Assembly: GCA_000165345.1 (NCBI GenBank)
Contig: CM000434.1
Location: forward strand, 544,001-608,000
Length of the DNA: 64,000 bases
Reading direction: 5' to 3'
The position numbers were made by a program, and so were the translations under genes. Below the pieces are notes generated by a model. That model saw nothing but the letters and a program-made list of their open reading frames with translations. It searched no databases and was not told the DNA's origin. Below are positions 1 through 10,100 of this stretch, in pieces (position 1 is the first letter of the stretch; each line of letters begins with the position of its first letter).

Positions 1-41
1 TTTCCAATAAAAAAGGCAAGAAAACTAATTCAATAATAAAA

Positions 42-3000
42 ATGATCAAACCAATTAGTTGGTATGAAACTTATTTCTCAAAATTTGGAAGATGTAATAT
101 GTTTATTAATCAGAATGGTGAGCTTTATTTTGTTAATGATAGGAAAAACCAGAGAGTTATGACCGAAAAAATAAAAATAGTTGTAAGTTTAATCCCACTT
201 AAGGAAGGAGTAATAATAGTTGGGTATGACAGAATTGAGACGAAGTTAATGATAAATATGGCCATATTAGGCCATCCACTTGAACATCCAACCAAGATTG
301 TTCTAAAAAGTTCAAGAAATTTATTTGATAAGAGTAATGAATCAAAATTCAACAAGGTTGTGATATGGGGTTCAGTAGACTTTCCATTAATAATGGTTTA
401 TGATCAAATAGAAAAAAATCACACTTTATATGTCTATAGTTATTTTAATAATAATTCATCACTAATTATTGAGTCCATTTGGGAAGATTCTTCAAAATAT
501 TCAAAATGTGCAGAAACAATTTTTATTTCAAGAACTATTTTTGATAACAATTTTATGATTTCATACCACATACCTTCTGCTTCAGAACTTAAACTAGTCA
601 TTTTTTCTGAAAGCGAATTTAATGATGTTTGCTATGGGAAAAAATCTATTATTGAAGACAAAGAACTAACATTACAAACGATACATAATGTGAAAGATGT
701 GGTACCAATTACGTTTGGGCACCAGCAAGAAAAGCATGAGCTATTTGGAATTCATTATTTATTTGGATTTAATTTTGTTAAGTCAAATCAACTTTTTAAA
801 CAAGAAAAATCCCAAGAATTACCTGTTTTTTCCTTAATCTTAATAGATACGGGAATGCTTTTACTTTATTCAGGTTCAGAGCTAATTATAAATGTAAATA
901 TTACAAGTGAGCAAATAGGAGATTTTGAATTATTGGGAATTAGCTCTGGAATTTCAAATAATTTTGATGCACTAGTCAAATTGAACGGTAATCATTCCAA
1001 TAAAGATCATTTGTTGGGAATTAGATGCTCGATTAATCTACTCCCTGAAGATTTTTTAGTCCAAATAATAACAAAACTACTAATAAGAATTTCGAATAAA
1101 GAATTTTCAGTAAGCCTAATTAGGGAGATTTTATTGAATAGATCAAATAAACATTGGGATATTTTACGCAAAATATTATTAGGTGAGACTAAAGATATTA
1201 ATACTGAACAAGAGTTAAAGTTTTCGAACATGAGCTCAAATGGTTCAATTGAATCTCCGATGTCAAATGGAGTGTATAAAAAGATAAAGTTATTTTCAGA
1301 TAAAGATGTTTGCTCAAATAATAAGTCAAAAACATGGCAAATATTATCAAAGTTTTGGGCAAGTTATTTGGAGAAAAATAAAAAATCACCGTTTGATAGA
1401 ATTGAATTCTCAAATTTAATTTCTAAGGGAATAATTCCTCATGAATTTTTAGAGGGGAAAAAGTATGAATATACTAATTATTCAAACAGTGGATACCAAA
1501 ATTTAGAGTTTAAGGCCAGTCCACAGTGTATGTACATTTTACATGCACTTTATGAAGAACTAAGCTTGTTCCCTCAATTTAATGCTTTAGATAATTACCA
1601 AAACCGATTGATGAAGGATATTTTAATTCCTCTTTCAAAGAAACTACTCTTATCTAATTATTATGAATACTACCAATTTTTAGATTCTTCATTTAATTTC
1701 ATAAATGAAATAAAAGACGATTCAAATTTTTCAGATTGGAGCTTTCCTCCAGTATTATTAGACAAACTATATTTTTTTACAAGGTTTTCCAAGAATAATA
1801 AAAAAGACATTTATTTTAAAGTAATTGAGAAACACTTTCCTTTGCAATGCTTTACTATAAAACTTTATGAACAATTACTCAATAGATCTAAAAACGGAGA
1901 GATAATTGATTTAATTTCTAAAGTTGGGATTACTAACACTATATTACCCATTTTAAGCCCAATTATTTCATTTCCAATTGAGAAATTTCTAAATAGCTAC
2001 TCGAATAATGTTCCCAACTTGAGTTTCGATGATAACAAATACTTTTTGTTAGGAAGACTAGACATGCTAAGCTACGCAAAAAATATTAACTCATCTTACT
2101 CTAGTGTTAACCTTAAAATTGCAAGTGGGTCAGATAACATTGCAGCATCTGTTCTCCCACATGGAAGGAACACTGTAGATGACCAAAAAAGTATGTTGGA
2201 AAATTTGCAGGCCTATTATAAGAATAAAGTGGACCCATTCAGAATAACTTCAGCCGAAAAAAGAACGATAATAGAAATATGGAAAAATGATCTGACTGAA
2301 TATTCAGATATTGGATCCTTTGAATTGTCCTATAAATGGTGTTTTCAAGTATTCTCCTATGACAATAGATATTGCGATGCACTGGAGCTACTTTCACTAA
2401 AAAACCCTCCTCAAATATTACTTCAACGCTCTTCAGGTGCATACCCTATTGATGAAGAATCTTGGGATGAGTTTCAAAGGCAAAGAGTAGTAGATGCGGT
2501 ACAATTAGTTTACACTAGCTTACTTGGAAGAGCAGCATGTACATTTGGCGGATCTTCATTTGATATTTCAATAAATAAAATAAACCGTCCCGTATTTGTA
2601 AATAAAATTTATGAAGTTGCGTCCAACTCTTTGATAAGCGTTGACATAGAGAGATTTAAAGAAGTTTGCTTTGACATATCAGTTTGGAATGAATTTTATA
2701 TGGGAGTTACTCAATCCCTGAATTATTGCTACCCATACTCTAAATTACCTCAGGATGGTTTTAACAAAAATAAAAAGCTCTGGATAATTGAGCAGATGGA
2801 TACATTCTCTTCTCAAGAAGATATTCCATTTATATCTGGTTTTTTATATGGGATCTCATTAAGTGGATTCTTTAAAGCGGACAAATCTGATTCAATAACA
2901 ACCTTCCCTTTAATTTTGGAGCCAAAAGAGATTTATAAAATTCTAGAGAATGATGGTCAATCAATAAAAACTTGTTCGATGTTGTTAGCAACCGCTATTT

Positions 3001-5753
3001 CTGCCCTCAAATCTCAAAATACTACACTTTTAAGGCTTTATTTAATGCATATTCCCAGCATACTTCCAAGTATTTATACAAAGTCTCTTCAAATATCTAG
3101 CATAAGTCAATATTCGGCAATAACTTCAATTGGGCTTTTGTTTTCCCAAAGCCGTAGTCATCAAGTCATAGAAATATTATTTTCAGAGTTTCTAAGAACA
3201 GTCTCTGATACTGATGACCAGGCCTCAATTAATCCAAACATTTACTCAATATCTGTTGCAGTTTCTCTCGGAATGGTGCTCCAACCAAATGAGGAATCAA
3301 TTAACACATCCTTTAATACAATGATAGAAGATGACATTACTAACGCTTTGTTAAGCTGTATTTCGGGAAATAAGCTTCCTAAATTTCTTTCGAGCCTTGC
3401 ATCTGGTCCAAATCTTGAGCATTATACAGAATTTTCTGGACTTGAAAGGTTCAAGTACCAAAATGAAAATATGGATGTGGGAAATAATTCAAAATCAAAT
3501 AGTAGTTTATCTTCTGGTACAAACAAATTCTCAAACTCTAGTAAAAATTACTGTTCTAAAATTGTGGACTCAACTTTGCTTGCTATCCCTGCGGCACTTT
3601 CTCTTTCAATCATGCATATTAGAAGTAAAAATAAATCAATTTCAAGTTCAATTTCTATACCATTTAGTCGGCCAGAAGAACTAGTAAATTATAGGCCGGA
3701 GGTACTTATTTTTATGTCTTTAGCAAAAGTTGTAATTGAATGGGAAGAAAGTAGCATTCCAAACAAGGATTTCATTTGTAGTCAAATCCCTAGTTACCTC
3801 TGGTACCTCCCTTCGGACAAAATCTTCCCTTTTCCAATTACTTCAAACAAATGCTCAGAGATCGAACCACAAGTTAATTCAAAGCTAATGCACTGCATTT
3901 CTATGGGAACTTTAGATTGGATTCACTGTATCCAAGCACGTATTGCTATTCTCTCTGGGATAATTTGGGGGCTAGGCATAGTGTTCGCAGGGAAAAGGAA
4001 TATCGAATTAAAATATACAACCACAACAATACTTGAATACTTAGATAGAATTCCTTTAATTCAAATGCCTCTTAGTATTGCATCTACAATTAGAGATAAG
4101 TCTATCTGTAGTACACACATTACAATTGACAGGTGGTCAAAGGAGCTTTGTATTAGAGTTTGTCTTACTAGCGCATCTTTATGTTTTTCAGGAAGTGGTG
4201 ATAAACAAATTTTGATGCAAATAAAATATTTCAGAGCGCAATTATTGGAGTCTGCTCAGTTATTATGGACTAGTTCAACTGCTATTTCACCATTCAGCAT
4301 ATTTTCCATACCACCAATTGAACATGTCCATAGTCAATTAATGGCGTATAACAATGCTCTTGGGTTTCTTTTCTTGTCTGCCGGGCATTTTTCCTTTAGC
4401 AATAAAGACAAACTTGGTTCGACATTTTTAATATTAGCAACACACCCAATATATCCCAAAGATTCTTCTGATATTAGTACTCCAGGAATAATATTCCAAC
4501 CATTGAGATATCTTTTCATTTCAGCGATGAACTACGGTCGAAGAGTTGTTATCCCGAAACTTGTAACTTGCTCGCCGGAACCTTTAAATGATAGTTGCGA
4601 TTTTAGTGGTATTATTTCAGAAGAAAAAATATATGTCCCCATCTCAGTCGAGCTTAAATCAGGCAAAGTTCAATTTCAAAGTGGGAGGACAGAATATTAC
4701 ATTCTTCCTACAGTTTTACCAGATTGGGAAGACATAATAAATATTAAAGTACTAGGAGATACTTACTGCCCAATTTTAATTGATTTTAATAAAGATAAAG
4801 ATACTAATTGTTATCAAAGGCTAATAAAAGGGGAACTTTGGGTTCAAACTAAAAACAGAAATAATGGTTATTGCTGGAATGAGGCAAACCACATCATCAA
4901 TCAAGTTAAAAATTACCAGTTTCATAATTTCCAGATATATAATTTTTATGACAATCAATTAAATAATAAGCAAATGCTCTATAAATATTATGGGCCAAAC
5001 AATAAAATTCTTTCTGCTAATTCAAATGTTTTCAGTCGATGTGACGAAATAAGCGATTTATACAAGAATTTCTCGCATACGCTAGTGCTGGAAGAAAATA
5101 AGTCGTTTTATCGTAAAATGAATAATAAAGAAATGCATAATAAAAAAGCTGGTTGTGCACCATGGCGTGGTGCTATTTTAAACAATTATATAGATCAAAT
5201 TCTTTCAACTTGGAATAAGATCAACCAGGATGGGAATGGATGTGAAATTCTATTATCTCCTGAAATTATAAAGATATTGAGAATCACACTTAACATAGAT
5301 AATGACAAAAAACTACAGACAATACTTCTAAATATTCATCGTAGGCTGCAAGCACAAATGAGCGTTTTAATTCGTTGTGTTAGATACTACTACGGCGCAC
5401 ACAATGGAACAAGAATTCCATCCTGCGATGAGAAACAGTCACTAAGGTTATTTCTTTCTCTAAATGGTATGCCACTAGCTTCCCATTTTAACTTTATTAT
5501 GAAAAAAAAAATTGAATCAAACACAAAGATCGATACTCTGCTTAGAAAAGATTATAAAAAATACGAGGAGATCATTGCTCCTATATTAATTATGGAACTC
5601 CCTACATTATCTTCTTTAGGGCTTCAAATTCTAAAAGTGTTTATATACGAACGCTATTTTAAAGCTCAAAGTGCAAGCTCGCAATCAATAGAAGCTCAAC
5701 AACAAATAAAATTAATGCTTACTCGTATATTTTCTTCTAAAAATTACTTTTAG
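42..5753 (+). CDS. Very large (1903 aa) protein, tentatively anaphase-promoting complex subunit 1 (APC1)-like. The frame stays open upstream to window position 3, so the gene may be 5'-partial.
   Basis: Long uninterrupted ORF. The C-terminal third carries PC-repeat-like Gly/Ala/Leu motifs (AILSGIIWGLGIVFAG, ALGFLFLSAGHFSF). Size and architecture fit APC1. No in-frame stop between nt 3 and the ATG at 42. Confidence 0.55.
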   Translation: MIKPISWYETYFSKFGRCNMFINQNGELYFVNDRKNQRVMTEKIKIVVSLIPLKEGVIIVGYDRIETKLMINMAILGHPLEHPTKIVLKSSRNLFDKSNESKFNKVVIWGSVDFPLIMVYDQIEKNHTLYVYSYFNNNSSLIIESIWEDSSKYSKCAETIFISRTIFDNNFMISYHIPSASELKLVIFSESEFNDVCYGKKSIIEDKELTLQTIHNVKDVVPITFGHQQEKHELFGIHYLFGFNFVKSNQLFKQEKSQELPVFSLILIDTGMLLLYSGSELIINVNITSEQIGDFELLGISSGISNNFDALVKLNGNHSNKDHLLGIRCSINLLPEDFLVQIITKLLIRISNKEFSVSLIREILLNRSNKHWDILRKILLGETKDINTEQELKFSNMSSNGSIESPMSNGVYKKIKLFSDKDVCSNNKSKTWQILSKFWASYLEKNKKSPFDRIEFSNLISKGIIPHEFLEGKKYEYTNYSNSGYQNLEFKASPQCMYILHALYEELSLFPQFNALDNYQNRLMKDILIPLSKKLLLSNYYEYYQFLDSSFNFINEIKDDSNFSDWSFPPVLLDKLYFFTRFSKNNKKDIYFKVIEKHFPLQCFTIKLYEQLLNRSKNGEIIDLISKVGITNTILPILSPIISFPIEKFLNSYSNNVPNLSFDDNKYFLLGRLDMLSYAKNINSSYSSVNLKIASGSDNIAASVLPHGRNTVDDQKSMLENLQAYYKNKVDPFRITSAEKRTIIEIWKNDLTEYSDIGSFELSYKWCFQVFSYDNRYCDALELLSLKNPPQILLQRSSGAYPIDEESWDEFQRQRVVDAVQLVYTSLLGRAACTFGGSSFDISINKINRPVFVNKIYEVASNSLISVDIERFKEVCFDISVWNEFYMGVTQSLNYCYPYSKLPQDGFNKNKKLWIIEQMDTFSSQEDIPFISGFLYGISLSGFFKADKSDSITTFPLILEPKEIYKILENDGQSIKTCSMLLATAISALKSQNTTLLRLYLMHIPSILPSIYTKSLQISSISQYSAITSIGLLFSQSRSHQVIEILFSEFLRTVSDTDDQASINPNIYSISVAVSLGMVLQPNEESINTSFNTMIEDDITNALLSCISGNKLPKFLSSLASGPNLEHYTEFSGLERFKYQNENMDVGNNSKSNSSLSSGTNKFSNSSKNYCSKIVDSTLLAIPAALSLSIMHIRSKNKSISSSISIPFSRPEELVNYRPEVLIFMSLAKVVIEWEESSIPNKDFICSQIPSYLWYLPSDKIFPFPITSNKCSEIEPQVNSKLMHCISMGTLDWIHCIQARIAILSGIIWGLGIVFAGKRNIELKYTTTTILEYLDRIPLIQMPLSIASTIRDKSICSTHITIDRWSKELCIRVCLTSASLCFSGSGDKQILMQIKYFRAQLLESAQLLWTSSTAISPFSIFSIPPIEHVHSQLMAYNNALGFLFLSAGHFSFSNKDKLGSTFLILATHPIYPKDSSDISTPGIIFQPLRYLFISAMNYGRRVVIPKLVTCSPEPLNDSCDFSGIISEEKIYVPISVELKSGKVQFQSGRTEYYILPTVLPDWEDIINIKVLGDTYCPILIDFNKDKDTNCYQRLIKGELWVQTKNRNNGYCWNEANHIINQVKNYQFHNFQIYNFYDNQLNNKQMLYKYYGPNNKILSANSNVFSRCDEISDLYKNFSHTLVLEENKSFYRKMNNKEMHNKKAGCAPWRGAILNNYIDQILSTWNKINQDGNGCEILLSPEIIKILRITLNIDNDKKLQTILLNIHRRLQAQMSVLIRCVRYYYGAHNGTRIPSCDEKQSLRLFLSLNGMPLASHFNFIMKKKIESNTKIDTLLRKDYKKYEEIIAPILIMELPTLSSLGLQILKVFIYERYFKAQSASSQSIEAQQQIKLMLTRIFSSKNYF

Positions 5754-5763
5754 CTCAATCCTG

Positions 5764-5797
<34 letters not shown>

Positions 5798-5964
5798 TTA
5801 TTTATGTGTATATATTACAAGATAGGTAGTTAGTGATTAATATTATTCAATATCCATTTATTTCTGTAATACCTAAGCGGCTATTTTTAAGTGGGCAAAA
5901 GAAAGATAATTTGGATTGCATAATAATTGTGTGAAGTAGTAAAACAGCATTTCAAACTACAACT

Positions 5965-7041
5965 ATGAATGTTTTGCTGTTATTATTATATCTATCCTTG
6001 ATTTACTGCTCCTACTGTTCAATTCAAAGAGCAGGGGTGAAGCAAATAAATACTTTAACACCTCAAAGCATAGAACGTAAAGAAGGAACGATAATTGATC
6101 AAAATTCTAGAAACTTTTGCCAGTATACGGACTTTCGTTGGTCGAGCTGCATTTGTGATAGGAATATTATGATTGGTGTTCGATCTTTGATAAAAGAGCA
6201 GACAGAAAATTGCTCTCCCGAAGTTACAATTATTGAACTTCCGTGTGACAAGTCTTCTTGCAATCAAAAACTTTTAACTACATCAGATGGTGTTGCATGC
6301 CCTTCGCTTGCAAATATTGATGGAGTATGTGACCATTCCAAAAATTTTTTGACTGATGTTATGGCAAAATCATTTGAAATGTGCAGATCATTTTGCTCCG
6401 TAATGGTAAATTGTACGCACTTTATTATGGATACAAAAAACTCAAGATGTAAACTTTACTCTGGAAATAAAATATGTGGTAAAGAGGCTCCTGGAATTAC
6501 AACAGGCCTAGCTGGCTTCGACACAAACCCATGTTCAGAATGTACAGTTGGTATATGGGGCGGCTTATCAGAGTGCAAAAAACCCGTAGACTTTGATCCT
6601 AATCTATTAGGGTGTGGAGAGGCTGTCCGCAGAAGGATTTCCAATGGTGATGTTGATGCAGACTGTCCGTACAGGACTGAGACTTGGACCTGCTCATTGC
6701 CAGGGCAAACCTGTGATATGAGAACTGAAATATCTGATATTTATCTAAAATCAAAACCAGAAAATGATGATAAATCAGAGTCTTATAAATTATTGGAAAT
6801 TTCTCTGATTTTTGCAGGAATTGTCACAGGGATTTTAATTTTTGTACCAACTTCACTTATCTTTCCTAAAATTGGCCAATTTTTTTATGGAAAAAGGTTG
6901 TATTCTTTGCTGTCTGGGAATGAGTTAGATTCAAGCCGAACTCCTGTAAATGAAACGATTAACAATCCGGATGACTATGAAGAATGGGAAGAGGACATGA
7001 ATGTAGAGTATGAAACGGAATTCACAATAGATAATAGATAG
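5965..7041 (+). CDS. Secreted Cys-rich type I membrane protein with PAN/Apple-like and TSP1-like modules, a single TM and an acidic Trp-containing cytoplasmic tail (TRAP/TSP-family adhesin-like).
   Basis: N-terminal signal peptide MNVLLLLLYLSLIYCSYC. Apple-like segment CRSFCSVMVNCTHF..RCKLY. TSP1-like WGGLSEC...GCGEAVRRR. TM LLEISLIFAGIVTGILIFV. Acidic tail ...DDYEEWEEDMNVEYETEF. Confidence 0.6.
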   Translation: MNVLLLLLYLSLIYCSYCSIQRAGVKQINTLTPQSIERKEGTIIDQNSRNFCQYTDFRWSSCICDRNIMIGVRSLIKEQTENCSPEVTIIELPCDKSSCNQKLLTTSDGVACPSLANIDGVCDHSKNFLTDVMAKSFEMCRSFCSVMVNCTHFIMDTKNSRCKLYSGNKICGKEAPGITTGLAGFDTNPCSECTVGIWGGLSECKKPVDFDPNLLGCGEAVRRRISNGDVDADCPYRTETWTCSLPGQTCDMRTEISDIYLKSKPENDDKSESYKLLEISLIFAGIVTGILIFVPTSLIFPKIGQFFYGKRLYSLLSGNELDSSRTPVNETINNPDDYEEWEEDMNVEYETEFTIDNR

Positions 7042-7140
7042 TTTCAGAGTCAAACTAAATATATTATTTGAGTTATTAATATTAGGCATTCAAGAGATTA
7101 ACTTAATTTTATGAATTAATTTTCTATCAATTTAAATTCT

Positions 7141-10100
7141 TTATAGTCTTCTACGCGTTCTTTTTCCTATCCTGTTAATTATTTCTTCATCAGAATCGAT
7201 ATTACTAGAATCAATAACTTTTATTCTATCTTCAAGGCCAATTTCTTGGAGTAGGATATTTGTATTTGTTTGAATAATATATCTCGGTAATCTTTTACTG
7301 AAGATTAATCTGAGTAGTTCATATTCAATCGAACGAATACCTTGAACTAAATTATTATTATTAATATTGAAGTGCTCGCAATTTGACCTCACTAAAAATA
7401 TATCAAATACTAAACTCTCTAACCTTCTGTAATAATTATTTCGAATTCTATTTATTATTGAAGTGAAACTAAATGGAAGAGGAATTTCTTTCCAATAGTG
7501 CATTACCCATTCCTGATTTGAAAATCCATTTTTTGATATATTTTTTTTTGAAAAAAAGGGAATTGGATATTTAAAGAATTCAACTACTGACAATGGATTA
7601 TTTTGCCCATTTTGAGTTGTCATCCAACAAAAAATTTTTATTAGATCATTGCTCGCCTCCAAATTGTTTGGGAGAGACTTTTTGTCAGGTACAGTTTCAT
7701 AAATTTCCCATGGACTGACCATTAAAGAGTTATTGTTACTTTCTTCCTGCTTCCAAGTGACTTCAATGGATTCCCAAATAAAATTTTGCTTAATATTTCT
7801 TATCAATATTTCGTGCCATTGATTATCAATAAATATATGATTTTCTTGTCCAACCCTTAGTCTGTGTTCTAAATTATGTATTCCCTTTTCAACCTCGTCT
7901 TCTAAAACCAAGTAATCAGGTCCATCATTCGGAGCGCATCTTATTTGCCAATAAACATGTTTTCCTGAAGTCAATTCCGTTAAAAACGTTAGTATAGCCT
8001 TAATAGAATGTTCTGTATCACTTGGAAATGCATAGGAAATATTAATTAATTTGCACTTTATAAATTCAAATTTCCTATTTGACCTTCTGGGTAGCCTTTT
8101 ATTTTCAGTAGCAATTTCTAGCATATTTTTAAAGAATATATCATCAAGTCCTGAGCAAATATAAGCATTTGGGAAAAAATAAAGGTAGTCATTTACTTGA
8201 GGTACATATCCTGCTGAAACTTCATCCGCTAATAGCCAAGATCTATTACAATGATTGTGCCCAGTATTATTTATCATATTTTCTCTCTTTGGACAATATG
8301 GAACATTTGATTGCTTGAGATAAATGCATTTAGGGCAAAAAAATAAGTAAAATTGCATAATATCACACCAATACATGTTTGACTCGCGAGGAGATATAAA
8401 ACTTGAGTTTACTGATTCTGGAAAAGAATGATATGCTAGCGCTGTGCAATGATAATGAAATTGACGATTGCATCTATTACCCTGACAGAGAATAGATGCG
8501 CCATAATCGTGGCAGTAGCTGCATGTTCCAATAAGCTTTGGAAATTTAACAATTTTCGAATCAAAAAATGTTGATGATAAACCATCTTTTGGGAGAGGTG
8601 GAGTTCCTTGAGAAGGATTATAAACTCTTCTCATGATATCGAATAAATTTGTGTAAACTTGATCATTAATGAGCTCCCATTGAAGAAAAGGAATTGTAAT
8701 TAGGCATCTTGAATGTAAGTAAAAACTACCTTCGCCAAAGTTATCATTTTCTTGAATAAATTTTGCATTTCTCTCTGGTCTATGCGTACTATAAAAATAA
8801 TCAAATGGTCCGATTAATGGCCCCAGATCAATGGATCCATTTACTCCATGAAGAATTGGCCTGATATTGTGGCTATTAAACTCAATCTCAGATTTAATTA
8901 AATATTTATAGCCAATAACTGTCGTGCTTGATTTCTTACATAGTTTGCAAACTAATAAATTATTGACTTCTTGCTCTTCTGAATCCGGCATCCAAATTGT
9001 ATCGAGATTTGAAAATGCGTAATATCTGAATTCAATTTCTGGTACGACTTCAGAGTCGGAATCTTGAACGTTAATTAGTCTATTCTTAATTTTACGGCGA
9101 GACCTCGTAATACTTTTTGAACCTCTAATCTCATTATATAAAGAATCTTCCGAAGTTAAATCGGAATCGTAGTCATTTTCGCCAAGGCTGGAATCATCGG
9201 AAGATGAAGAGCTTCCAGTATCTGAAATCGACGGAGAACGCCTACTAATCATTCTGAGCCTTCTATTTGTATTAGTAGTACTCGAGTTATTTATATCAAA
9301 ATCCTCATCATTTGAAAAGTCACTCGAATAACTTTGAGCTTCTACACTGCTTGTTTCATCATTATTGGTTTGGGAAGAAACCCACGTCAATTCTTCATTA
9401 ATATTACTTATTGTATTTCTAGATTGAAATGCATTTGAGTTGTTTGAAACTGTAGGGCTGCCATTAAGTGGATTTTTATCAATTTCAAGCATTTTCTTTC
9501 TATAAATTGATCTTTTTTTAGCCTTTTCTAAATATATTTCAGAGTTTAAATTTAAAATTTTATATGTGCTTAGAGTTTTATCAAGCTGCGGATAAAATGG
9601 AATTCTGCTGTTAAGTAATTCATTTCTTGTATTATTTTTCGAAGTTTTATTTCCAAGTGAAGAAAACATTGGGATCGGAGGTTGAATATCCTCTGGATAC
9701 ATTCTTTTATTTCTGTCAACTATAACTGATCTGGGTATCGTATATATCGGTCTCCTTAAGTTCTGATCTATCCATCCAAATGTATCATCCCTTAGAATTT
9801 CTGAAAAGTCGTTTAAGAAAAATTGCTCAGGAAAGGAATATCTGTATGTCTGATTTAGAACTTGCTGATTTAAATCTCCTTTATTGCATATATCATAAAT
9901 CTCAAAAGAGCCGTATTTTTGAGAAACTACGAAACTCAACCCATTTTTTATCCAAACGCCATTTAAATAAGGATTTTTTGTATTTTTATGTTCAAATAAG
10001 ATATTTGAATTGTTTTTAAATTTAAAATCATTTAGTTGGTTAAGTTTCGAGTTGGATATTACAAAAATAACTCCATTATATGTCAACGACAAAACTATTC

